Source of the DNA: Octopus vulgaris
Taxonomy: Eukaryota
Length of the DNA stretch: 64,000 nt
Assembly: GCA_951406725.2 (NCBI GenBank)
Contig: OX597815.1
Span: forward strand, 53,010,001 to 53,074,000
Reading direction: 5' to 3'
Of this stretch, positions 1-13,378 are shown in pieces; the first letter of the stretch is position 1; each line of letters starts with the position of its first letter. The notes below the pieces were generated by a model that was not told where the DNA came from, made no database searches, and saw only the letters and a program-made list of their open reading frames with translations. The position numbers were made by a program, and so were the translations under genes.

Positions 1-643
1 TTTCTAGTCGAAATGTCGTATTGCATTTGAGCAAGTTAATATAATTGAAAGTCAAGAATATATTTTCTTGTCACACGAAAGGTATGTTAGAAGATTCACT
101 TATGTTACATAAAAAAATGTATGCCAGTAGATTTCCTTATGTTACATATATATAACACATGTATATAAGCAGACTTACATGTTATACTCATACACTTACA
201 CAGGCACACACACACACACATTTTAATATTTCACTTAGGCACAGCGATACTAACAACCTAGTGTTAGAACTGAATGTACATAAGCTTCAGAATAGAGAGT
301 TAGTTGAGTACATAGCATATTATGAAAATAAATAAATGACAGGAGAACCGAAATGACCGAATCAACTTCATTAGCTTACCACCGTTTCAGTTATAAGCTG
401 AGAACATGTGAATCACTAAAATGAAGAGTAAGTTTATTTGGCAAAGCATATATATATATATATATATATATCAGCATACATACATATATATACATACATA
501 TATATGTACACGCATATATAGTAACAAAAAGAGAGAAATCTCGATTATCCCCACGTAGTGTATTGTAATGCAAAGAAAAAATATATATAAAATAAAAGAA
601 GGAATATGCACACACTTTATAGTTTTAATATATTTTAAATTGT

Positions 644-679
644 GTTTGTCGACCGGTTTCGCTTTCGCTAATCATAACA
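644..679 (-). ncRNA. Minimal type I hammerhead ribozyme motif, A3:U8 core variant
   Basis: Minus strand reads tgtt AUGAUUA gc-gaaa-gc GAAA ccgg UC gaca; helix III is the palindrome accggt. Confidence 0.7.
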
Positions 680-2756
680 CTGAAATTATTAAAATTTCGT
701 ATTTTCTTAAGATTTTAATCCATGTTTTGTGTGGAGAAGTTTGTGAATGAATGAGTCGATAAGCGGAAAAATCTACTGGGAGGTAAAGGGTGATCGTTAT
801 TATTGAGGATAGTGGAGTGGGGTAATTTCTCATCTTTCGTGGAGGGGATATATATATATATATATAGATACAAAACCCCAAATATTAAAGTAGTGAGATG
901 TAATATGTACAGTGATGGGTATGTGATCATGAATTAAAATATTTGAGATCAAAGTTTCTTATACGTTCATTTTTAGAAGTGTTCTGTATTTTTCGATGAA
1001 CGACATTTCTTTATTTAAACGTTCTTGTATAGAAATTGTTTCTTTGCACTGGTAGATAGGGAAACTGTGAAGTTTGGTTGGATATTACCTGCACATCTCT
1101 CTATGTGTTCACTCAAAGGAATCTGTCTGTATTGCAGGAACCGGATCTCTTCCTAATGTAGGGTGGTTCTCTGTCACAGTGCCATACTTATCTACCCTAT
1201 ATAGTTATGTCCACAACCTGAGCAAGTTGGTTTTAATTGTGAACCTCTCTCCTTGTTTGAATAGGAATTCCGATCCTTCCAGTTCATTGGGGCAAGTTTC
1301 ATAGTTTGGGCGTCCATATTTTTAACCGTTAGTTTCGTGGTTGTTGCGTAAAGCTTTGCATTTGTTGGAAGTCTTTTCAACGATTTGGGTTGCATTTTGC
1401 ATTTGATGAATTCATGTTTTCAGAATGTTTATTTTTGGATATATAGTGAGCATAGTAAGATTTTGTACAATAGCGTTGTATGTCTCATTGTTTCTAGGAT
1501 TGTGTGATGACATATACAGTAGTGTTTTGAGATAAGGTGATAGTGCTACGTTTTGTTGTCTTTAGTGTTTTAATGTCTAATTTCTTAGCACACTTAAGTC
1601 CATGGTGAATAAGTGAGTGTGGATATTATCTTTCAGTTAGTCTTCTGAGGTCTTGGAAACGAAGGTCCCAAGAATTTCTATCAGACGCTAGTGTGCAAAT
1701 CCTTTTTGTTAAATTAAATGATATATTTCGAGTGGCATGAGCTAAACAGGAGATATTGCTTCGAGTTCATTGGTTTATGATAAATGTCAGTTATAATTTG
1801 GTTGTTGACGTTTTTTATCATAATATCTAAGAAAGGGAGCTGTTCTTTGCTATATTCCATTGTAAATTGAATGTTAGGGTTTATATTATTTAGTATTGAT
1901 TTAAATTCCAATTGTTTGTCAATTGCCTCCTTCCAAAATGATAAAGCAGTCATCCAGGTATCTTTTCCAGTTCTCTCTTAAATAATGTGAAATGAGTATC
2001 CATATTTTTGCAGTGATACTTCATATATGGGGAAATAAAAATATCTAATTATTAGGTTTACAAGAACAGGGGTTGCTTTCGTTCTCATCGCAATCAGCAT
2101 TTTTGACGATAGTAGGTGTCATCAAATAGGAAATAATTGTTCTGAAGCATAAATTTTAAAGTTTCAATAATAAAAACCTAGTTTATGAGTTCCGGAAGTA
2201 CTTCGGGTTACTTTTCCAACCAGAATTTTATTGCTTCTATTCCATAATTATGTGGGATGTTGGTGTAAATACTAATAACATCGAAGGAAACCAATAATAT
2301 CTCTTCATTAGTTGTTTTTGATAGGTGCTCAAGCATGTTTAGATTGTTTCTAATGAAACCTTTGATATATTTCAGCAATGGTTTCCGTAGGATGTCTCGA
2401 ATAAAGCAGTGGGTTTCACAAGCTTAGCCAGCTATAATGGGTATTAACTTTAGGTCTTCTGGCGCTTGGATATTTATGTATTTGCCTGATGATTGTTTGC
2501 AGGCTTCATTAACTATCTCGCTCTTGTGTATTTTAGGTAGGCTATAAAAAATACTAGGTTTACTTTTAAAGTACGTGAGATATTTTTCTGTCGGGCCTTT
2601 TCTATGTAGAAGAACTAAGGATGCAAGATTTTTGTTTATAGTTTACTACTTTTTCTTAGAAGGCATCGTTTGCTAGCATGTATAATACTAGGTTTTTGTA
2701 GTATTCTGTGTCCTTCAGGACTACAGTACTTCCTTTGTCTGCTTCTTTAATTGACA

Positions 2757-2795
2757 GTTTGTCATGATTAGCGAAAGCGAAACCGGTCGACAAAC
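2757..2795 (+). ncRNA. Minimal type I hammerhead ribozyme motif, A3:U8 variant (inverted pLTR copy)
   Basis: gtttgtc ATGATTA gc-gaaa-gc GAAA ccgg TC gacaaac, with a perfect 7-bp helix I. Confidence 0.75.
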
Positions 2796-3127
2796 ACAAT
2801 ATAAAATGTATTAAAAAATATATGTAAAGTGTGTGCATTTTCTTTCTTTTATATATATATATATATAATCTAGTATAATACATGCGAAAACCAATTTCTG
2901 TGTGTCAGTGTGTCACACTTTGACCCCTCTCTCATTATTCAATAACGCGTCTTCTATTGGTTGGGTGAGAGTAATAATAGGCATAGAGACGGTGAGGGTG
3001 GTGGTAAAGATAGAAAGAGAAAAACGGAAAAGAAAGGGAGAGGAAGAGTGAGAAAGAAATTTAGGGAGAGTTGATGTTTTATTAAAGGTAGTAGTGTTGA
3101 TGTTGGCAGTGGGAGTAATAATAAAAC

Positions 3128-3214
<87 letters not shown>

Positions 3215-3712
3215 AAGAGGGACTGAACACTGAACCAACTTACTGAACTAACATGCTGAACGAACATACTGAACACTGAATTCTTTACACACACATTTTG
3301 CCTTTTTGCGATTGTAATGGATGATAGTAATAGTATGAGCTGCAGTTATGATAGAGGCGGAGGTGGCGGTGGTGGTGGTAGCCGAGGCGGTCATGGATGC
3401 TGGTGAGAGTAAGCGATGTGAAAGACAGTGGAGATGGTGGTGGAGGGGAAAGGCGGCCAAGTCAAAGGTAGTGATGGTGGTGGCGTCAGAAGTCTGAATG
3501 GTGTGTGCATGGCAGATGTGGTGGTGGTACTGTTGTTTATCATGCAGCTTTGCAGTAAGTTCCAAGTCGACAAATTATATCATTGTTTTGATGAAAATTG
3601 TTCATTGCTTGAAAAATATTGTTCAAGTTTAATAAACTTTAATATGTACTCAATGCATGACGAGTCATTGTTGGGCCCAAGGCCTAATGAAGAGCCCTCC
3701 ACAGGAGCTGGC

Positions 3713-3756
<44 letters not shown>

Positions 3757-3914
3757 AAATGAGAAAATAGAGAAATATATCTAAATCAATCAACAACTAT
3801 CAGATAATACCCAATCAATACTTTATTAAACCACTACACAATAGCAATGATATTATACATTAATATAGTACAAATATAACAAGACATAGAAATAGAAATA
3901 CATTTACATTGTAG

Positions 3915-4015
3915 CTGACAGCTGTTTCGGCCGTGAAGACAGGTATGTCTCATTTAACCTATTAGCCATATAAAGCAGGTATAATTAACAAGAATATCTC
4001 ACGGCCTCTTCAGAG
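3915..4015 (-). ncRNA. Type I hammerhead motif with a long insertion in helix II
   Basis: Minus strand: ct CUGAAGA ggccgtga [~60 nt] tcacggcc GAAA cagctg UC ag; helix III is the palindrome acagctgt; helix I is weak. Confidence 0.7.
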
Positions 4016-5275
4016 ATTTTAATGCAAGTATGAGTACAAATCCTAAATAATTTACATATAAATATAAATATGTGTGCATACACACTCATATTCTTACATA
4101 TATATATATACACAATAATACAATATAAACAATATAGATCAATATACATCAACAAACACAATAATGTTCCATATTGAACTCCACAGCTCCTCAACCAACA
4201 TCAAGAAACCACAACAGACACACTCACACTCAAAGCAGGCATATATATTAAACAGTCCAATATATTAAAATGTGTCATTTCACAAAAAGTCAATAAAGTT
4301 AATATCACCACGACAGTACCATCCAATGCAAGCGGACATCCGCATATATACGCAATCAGTCGAATTCCTCTGCCCGTATGGTATTAATTTTCACAGATGG
4401 ATTCGATTGGCCTATACTTTTAAATTTGAATTACAATAGAAATTTTACGGTTAGTTAGCTAGGAAACATACACACGCGCACGCACATCCACAAAGCGTGC
4501 GCACATACATACCTAGTTATATGTATACACACACACACCCACACACATACCCTCATACATACAGACATACCCACATACACAACCAAATCATAAATAACAT
4601 AAGAGGTACTATCCCAACTATACACATGCAAACAGAGGAACTCAACCGATTGCACATACAAGCATGCAGACATCCACCCGTCCCGGATGGCACCATGGTG
4701 GTGGTATTAACTAAGTATTTACAAACAGATATGCTCACATATGTCCATAAATCCGTAAATGCAATCATACATATAATTATATCCAGATGCAGAGTGTAAT
4801 TTGTCATAAGGTACATAATTCATGTGACACCGTATTTTTCGTAAACAAAATATTTTAGAACTAAAAATGCCCGCAACTTTACCGCTATGTTTCATTCAAA
4901 CATTTACTAAATTATAAAGTATAGAATACCCGTTTATGTTTGTCTATCAAAAGACATAAAAATATATATATACTAAGTTAACAGAGGTTTATAATAATTA
5001 AATTATAAGAAATTAATAGTAAAAAGTCAAAATACGCTAATATTCTAAGATATATAATCAAAATAACTCCTTATAACTTATACAGATAACATCACACTAC
5101 GTAAGAAGTCTAGTATTATTACAATACTATTATATTCCTATTTAAACCCTCACCAACGAACTAATAGAATTATACTCACATCTACATATCCAAATGTATA
5201 CTCATGTGTAACAACAAACATATACATACACACTATATATTTTCACATATGATGTGCATGTAAACATTCGTAGTA

Positions 5276-5315
<40 letters not shown>

Positions 5316-5579
5316 AGTATCAGTGGACACATAAATACATATATAATAATTAACAGGATTTAGCATTAAATAATATGTGGACGTATAATTACATATATAG
5401 TAATTAACAGGACTTACCAATAAATAGTATATAAGTAAATAATTGTAAATTAAATTAATTATAAGTTAATAATTGTTATTACTTAAAATTAAAATGTAAT
5501 AAAATAAAATAAGATGAAATAATTAAAATTAAAATGAAAATATAAGTAAAAGCATGTAAACATATATATATATTTTAAT

Positions 5580-6060
5580 AAATAATGGATATGTATGTAT
5601 ATATCTACATATAAATAAATAAATGAATAAATAAATAGATAAATACCATAGAATACAAATTAAGATAAATATAAAGGTAAACTAAATATATAATACTGCT
5701 AATATGTATATATCCACATATACATAAATGAATAGATAAATAGATAAATAACATAAAATAAAATAAAAAATATACATTAAAATGAGTACATAGATAAACT
5801 TAATATATGCAGGCTGCTAATATGTAAATATTTACATATAAATAAATGAATAAATAAATAGATAAATAACATAAAGTACAAATCAAGATGAGTACAAATA
5901 TAAACTAAATATATAAGACTACTAATATGTATAAAGCCAAATATAAGTAAATGAATAGATTTATTAATAAATAACACAAGATACAAATTAAGATGAGTAC
6001 AAAGATAAACTAAATATACAATATATAAGACTGCCAAATAAATACCTGCAAAAACCCATA
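5580..6060. repeat. Degenerate AT-rich minisatellite (~120-bp unit, 3-4 copies)
   Basis: Recurring aagatgagtacaaa..taaactaaatata..actgctaatatgta blocks. Confidence 0.6.
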
Positions 6061-6089
6061 TACTCATCCAACATATATATATATATAAT

Positions 6090-6385
6090 GACGGCGCATG
6101 GCCTAGTGTTTAGGGCACTGGACTCACGATCCTGAGATCGTGGTTTCAGTTCCTAGACCGGGTGGTGCGTTGTGTCCTTGAGCAAAAGACTTCATTTCAT
6201 GTTGCTCTGCAATCACTTCGAAACTTGACGCGTGGTACACAGTGTACGTGTTCATCGGAAAATTGATGGGGAGAGTGAGCTAATGTGCGTCACGAACATT
6301 TGATCACTATAAACAATTCACTTGCGCAGGTCGTTCGGCAAAAAATCTAAACGCTCATTCGTTGTCTTCGACGGGAGAATCCAAC
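6090..6385 (+). mobile_element. tRNA-derived SINE
   Basis: A-box-like tggcctagtg, B-box-like gtttcagttcc, then the conserved gtgtccttgagcaa core. Confidence 0.75.
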
Positions 6386-6403
6386 TTTTTTTAAACACAC
6401 ACC

Positions 6404-6445
<42 letters not shown>

Positions 6446-6654
6446 CTTAAATAGGTGAATGAATTATCCTATGTTTATCGACAGCATGGAAAATTCGTTT
6501 AACCGAAACCTGGGTAGCAAATTCACGTCAGAAAACACGGTTGAAGCGACCTGTCCAAGGGTAGAAACTCTGGGTTCATGTGCAGAAATTTGTGTGTTGT
6601 ATATGAATAAGTGAAAGAATGGAGTCGAACGAAGATGTTAACAAAATTCCTTTA

Positions 6655-6736
6655 CTCTCGACATATGTTTCGAAGACAACATGTTTTCATTCCGAAGGAA
6701 TAAAGGGTGCATTATGCAATCTTCTCATCAGGAAAG
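6655..6736 (-). ncRNA. Type I hammerhead ribozyme in PLE pLTR
   Basis: ctttc CUGAUGA gaagattgcat..atgttgtcttc GAAA catatg UC gagag; canonical core and palindromic helix III. Confidence 0.82.
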
Positions 6737-7002
6737 AAAGGGAGCCTCTCTCGACAACAAGACAAACAAAAATTTCGATGAATGCCTACATGGTAAACAA
6801 AGCGATAATGAGTGTGTTTTTTTTTTTTAAACCGTTAGAAGAATTGAAGTCAAAGATAGATAGTAGGAAGAGAAGGGTTAAAGGAATAATAGGTAGGGAA
6901 CAAGTGGAGAGGGAAAGAATGCTCGGAGGCTTAGGAAAGAATTTCTCTATAGAAGTGGGGTGGACGTAAAGCTAATTGTTCAAACCACAGTGACTATCGT
7001 TA

Positions 7003-7392
7003 TCATTTATATGAGTAGAAAGTATGTTTCTGCCAGTGTTTACATTTGTATGATTTTTCTATGAGTGTGTTTACTAGGGGAACCTTAGAGAAGAGAATAT
7101 GGAATAGTTCAGAGTTACAAATGTTACAAAATCTCCTGCCCTTATCAAAAGGAAAGGATACAGACTGTATGAACCAATCTAACTTGAAATTTATATTGTT
7201 GTCTTTAAGACGCCAAACTAATTTACTTAGCCCTGTACTATGTCGTTTTTTACTATCCCTGAATGTTGAATAATGGTTTGAAATTCTCTTGGATAACTGG
7301 GAAGTGGACGCTCCTATATAGAAGAAGACATCGGTACCGGAAGAAATTTTATACTGGTAAATAGAATTCTTAATCTTAGAATTACTAGACAA
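7003..7392 (-). CDS. GIY-YIG endonuclease domain of a PLE (remnant ORF)
   Basis: SIYQY...YIGAS..LSKRISNH...CNICNSE...KCKH motifs. Confidence 0.85.
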   Translation of the reverse strand: MSSNSKIKNSIYQYKISSGTDVFFYIGASTSQLSKRISNHYSTFRDSKKRHSTGLSKLVWRLKDNNINFKLDWFIQSVSFPFDKGRRFCNICNSELFHILFSKVPLVNTLIEKSYKCKHWQKHTFYSYK

Positions 7393-8944
7393 AAATTTAG
7401 TTCTGTTGGGGTTGTCCTCCTAGATCGAAACGAAGTTTTTATTGTTATGATTGTTGTTACTATTATTATTAGCGCTAACAACTACACTATTTCTATTATT
7501 ATTAGTATTATTAATGGTACTACAACCAGTAATACCACCGACAATAATACGGTTATTGTTGTTACCATCAACACTACCATTGTTATTAACACGACTAGTA
7601 CTATTATTAATATTATCATTGTTAACACTTTCGCTGCTACCAATGCTGTTACTATTAATTCTATTCTTATTATTATGATTGTATGATGGGTTGGAATTAG
7701 CAAGATTTGTGTTGGATCTCCCGGGTGAAGAATCTTTGTTTAGCAGCTTGGTATTGTGGGAAGATATAATTTGTGAAAGATTCCTAGTGTTAGAGAAAGC
7801 AATTCTGACTTTGTGGAAATTGATAATAGAATGATATCTAGAATTTCTGGGAAAGTTCCTAGCAACGGCTTCACGGAACTGTAAGGGAAGGTTCGATTTA
7901 ATTTGTTTTCCGAAAGGTATTACGAACCAGATAAGTTTTTTGTGGCCTTTGAATTGTTCTTAGTGTTATTTGTGATAGTAAGGGGAAATTTTCTGGGTTG
8001 GAAATTTGGGGTTGCATGGCGCTTACCTCCCCTAGTCCGTAAAGAATTTATTTTATGTACAGGGTTGCTGGCACTATTAGAATTGAAATCATTATTCCTA
8101 TTACGAGTAACTTTTCTATCTGGAGAAGCAGATGTTGGTTTAGAATGAGCTGAGTCAATGTATGACACTTTCTCCTTATAACTGGCTCTTAACAAGGCGG
8201 CGTTATAGAAGTCTGCCTTTTGGTTAAAGATGTCGACATTAGCAGATAAATTGGACAGTCTCAGAGATATGTTTTTAACTAAATTATCGGTAATTGGCCT
8301 GGCATGATTACTGAAAATGCTAATATACTTAAGATTTGTGGAAGGTTTATGATAAGGGAAGTATGAGTTATTCTGCAAATTGAGGGTAATGTCTAAGAAG
8401 TTGGCTTTAGTTAATTCATCGTCAAAAACTATGCGCAAGCCCATTCTACTAAAAAAACCTAACTAATCTGTTCTTAACCTTCTGTATTTTTTGGTTCGAA
8501 ACGTTTTGGAGGTAAAGCAGACAATCGTCGTGATACAGACCTCCACAGATGTCATTTATTTATGTACATATATATAGACCTGGCGGTTTTATAGTGCAAG
8601 TCAGACAATGTTGCTGACTGTGTTTTAGTTAAAGCTAAAATCTATTCAGGTTACCTCTTTCAGTTTTTCCCATTGATAAAGGCTAAAGAAGTAGAAACAC
8701 GTCTAGGAATATGACAGGGGGCAGTACTGGGAAGATGTGGCGTTTTACACCCTTTTAGCAAAAGACAATTTTTTTTTCTCCACGGTAACTGCAGACAATT
8801 TTCTTTTAGAAGTTGAAATATGTCAGAAACATATTTGAACTAACTTAAAGATTGCTTATGCCTAAACACAACTTGACGCTGATACCACTGAACATATGTA
8901 TATATCATATGTATGTGCGGAGGTGGGGTGCTTGCATATGTATG

Positions 8945-9067
<123 letters not shown>

Positions 9068-9457
9068 CGTTTTGGGATATGGTTTGCATGTATAGGCACA
9101 CACACACTGACCCACACACATGCGCACAAACAAACAAAAGGGAACGCAGTGTAAATAACGGACAGAGTCAAAAGGTTGCAATATATTTTTATATATTACT
9201 TTATATTATATTTTTACTTTCTAGGTGGTGTAATGTTTTTTGAAAAAATGTATTTTTCTGAATCGCTAAAGTATTAACTCTAAACTGTGATGAAATTTTT
9301 TTTCTCGCACCTTATTATTATTATATGGTTATATGCTTGTACAGATGAATTATGTTCCATCTTGCGGGATGTTTATATGTATATTCTATGATTAAATGTT
9401 CGAATTATGAAATGCGATGCGGATGACCTTGCATTTGTTTGTTCAATAACTTTAGTT

Positions 9458-9533
<76 letters not shown>

Positions 9534-9555
9534 ATATATAATATATAGTATAATA

Positions 9556-9604
<49 letters not shown>

Positions 9605-10316
9605 GTGCAAGAAGAATTATATATGCTTACATACCAAATGACCAGTTAACTATTTTCCTCTGACATTTTGGGAATTATTTTTTACTTTGGAAGTGAATTA
9701 TTATTGTTATGTCAAACAGAATGTCAAAGCAAAAGATTTAACATTCTATCTAGCATTGTGTTTGACATAAAAGTATTGTGTTCAGTCAAAAGTTTTCCAA
9801 TATTTTGGTAACTTGTTTTCTTTATTTGTGAAGTTAAAACAAAAGCAGCCTACCATTTAAAGTAGAAGCCATTGTGATGCACTGTCTGAAGCCACTTTTC
9901 TGTCGGCTCTTTGATTCCACTGCGATACCAGTTATTATCCTTCAAGGTGTATAACTCCTTCACTGAAGCTTTCACCTCTGCTTGTTTGATGAAGCTTCGC
10001 TAGCGCTGGAAGTGAGATATGGATTGGAACAAGTAATAATCCGAGGGTTATGATTTTCCGCAATTCTAACATGCCCAAGCAGTGGTTAAGTGAGGGCCAG
10101 CTTCGGGAAACTGTAACTAAACATAAGCGTTTCGAACATAAGGTGATGCTCCGGGTGGAAGATTTAGTGAAAGAGTTCTTCGCCTCGAAGGACAAGGATT
10201 AGTACCAGCGAGAGATCATAGAACTGGCACTCTACTCTGAGTGCAAGGCTGCTTTTGTTTAACTTGACGAATAAAGCAAATAAGTTACAAAAAAATATTG
10301 CAATGCATTTGAGTCA

Positions 10317-11858
<1,542 letters not shown>

Positions 11859-11860
<2 letters not shown>

Positions 11861-11886
11861 TAATAATAATAATAATAATAATAATG

Positions 11887-11924
<38 letters not shown>

Positions 11925-11968
11925 GATGATGATGATAATAATGATGATGATGATGATGATGATGTTGA

Positions 11969-12002
<34 letters not shown>

Positions 12003-12043
12003 GGTGGTGGTGGTAGTGGTGGTGGTGGTGATGGTGATGGTGG

Positions 12044-12083
<40 letters not shown>

Positions 12084-12086
12084 AAT
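11859..12086. repeat. Compound (AAT)/(GAT)/(GGT) microsatellite
   Basis: Read directly from the sequence. Confidence 0.95.
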
Positions 12087-12630
12087 ATGGAAACATGGAA
12101 CAATCATCGACTCGAAAGAGTACTGGAGTCGGAGAAATGTAAGATTTTGTAGAACTTTCCTATTCAGAGGACAAAAAGTTAGAAAATAATAGACCAGACA
12201 TAGCCATTATAGATGGGGAAAAGCGAAGTCGCTTATTTATCGACCTATCATGTCCGTTTGATTCCAGGGTCGTAAAGAAAAAGGAAGAAAAAGAAAAAAA
12301 AAAGAAAAAAGAAAATACAATCCCTTGAAATTTGAAATTAGTATTTGGAGCATGCGAACAATAAAAGTCGTGCATATATTAATCGGTGCGTTGGGAAGAG
12401 TAAGCAAGGTTATAGACAAATAGCTGAAGGAGATTGAAATAGAAGGCTCAGTAGGGCTCCTACAGAAAGTTTGTCTCTTAAGGACAGCAAGGATTTTCAG
12501 GAGGCTTGTAAGTACTTGAAAATACTGCCGAAAACTTGTAGATACCTAAGGTTACAGGTAGTAACCCGCATGGTACCGTAGGCTGCAGGTAGCAAGCTCC
12601 TTACACATGTAAGACTCTAGGAGCTCTAAC
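12087..12630 (+). pseudogene. 3' fragment of an RLE-type (R4/Dong-like) LINE
   Basis: ESEKCKIL..KKLENNRPDIAIID..FIDLSCPFD..IGALG..LQKVCLL; decayed. Confidence 0.8.
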
Positions 12631-12634
12631 AAGA

Positions 12635-12830
12635 CCTGGCAGATTTGTTAACACACTGATAGAAATGCTTTGCGGTATTTCGCCCATCGTTACATTCTGA
12701 GCTCAAATTCTGCCGAGGTCGACTTTGCTTTTCATCCTTTCGGGGTCAATAAATAAACTATCAGTGAAACACTTAGGTCGATGTGATCGACTCCCCCACC
12801 AAAAATTTCAAGCCTTGTGCCTATAGTAGA
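12635..12830 (+). mobile_element. SINE family B copy
   Basis: ctggcagat..gaaatgc..caaattctgccgaggtcgactttgcttttcatcctttcggggtc core, shared with more than 10 copies in this window. Confidence 0.75.
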
Positions 12831-12872
12831 AAAAATTATCATCATCCCCATCGTCGTCATCATCGTCGTCGG

Positions 12873-12925
<53 letters not shown>

Positions 12926-13319
12926 CCAACACCATCATCACCACCACCACCATCACCACCACCACCATCATCATCATCATAATCATCATCATCATAAAGT
13001 AGACAACACATGTAACCTTAGAATAACATCAGAAACTGATTCTAATGTTATCTGGTTTCAATCTGTTTACCAGGTAAACCACTTCGATTTTATACCTCTA
13101 AATGGTCGATCTATCTGCTAGACATAGTCAGTAGATCTTTCTCAAATGACATGGTACTGTCTTAAACAAGATGAGGCACAATAGATAATGAAGCAGTGAC
13201 TAAAAGTTAGGGTGATGGTAGCTGGAACACCTCTGATCATAGTGTTTAGTAAAAGCTGCCATGGGTTAAACAACAACAACAAAAATAACAACAACAACAA
13301 CAATAACAACAACAACAAC

Positions 13320-13373
<54 letters not shown>

Positions 13374-13378
<5 letters not shown>

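Larger units (their letters stand above)
540..2850 (-). mobile_element. 5'-truncated, decayed Penelope-like retroelement (RT + GIY-YIG) with 3' pseudo-LTR and an inverted pLTR copy at the 5' end
   Basis: Minus-strand translation gives IKEADKGSTVV (~2720-2755), WKRYLDDC (~1948-1970), FTMEYSKEQLPFLDIMI..DIYHKP..QYLLFSSCH (1714-1953) and the GIY-YIG start CSGCGHNYIG (~1195-1225). 581-675 is the reverse complement of 2764-2850. Confidence 0.92.
3730..6070 (-). mobile_element. Putative non-autonomous PLE-derived element (HHR near its 3' end, internal inverted repeat, AT-rich subrepeats)
   Basis: Bounded by (TA)n tracts; contains the HHR at 3915-4015, an inverted repeat at 4297-4712 and degenerate ~120-bp subrepeats at 5580-6060; no ORF. 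Boundaries are uncertain. Confidence 0.4.
6450..8555 (-). mobile_element. 5'-truncated Penelope-like element, probably Naiad-type (RT C-terminus, linker, GIY-YIG, pLTR)
   Basis: GGLYHDD at ~8525-8550 (GLYRDD-like); ORF 7920-8444 ANFLDITLNLQNNSYFPYHKP; ORF 7003-7392 IYQ..YIG..RISNH..CNICNSE..KCKH; HHR at 6655-6736. Confidence 0.88.

Noticed and set aside
7003-8555. Possible selenocysteine recoding, as described for some Naiad PLEs
   Set aside because: No in-frame TGA at conserved Cys positions in the readable ORFs; the only TGA noted is the terminal stop, followed by TAA.
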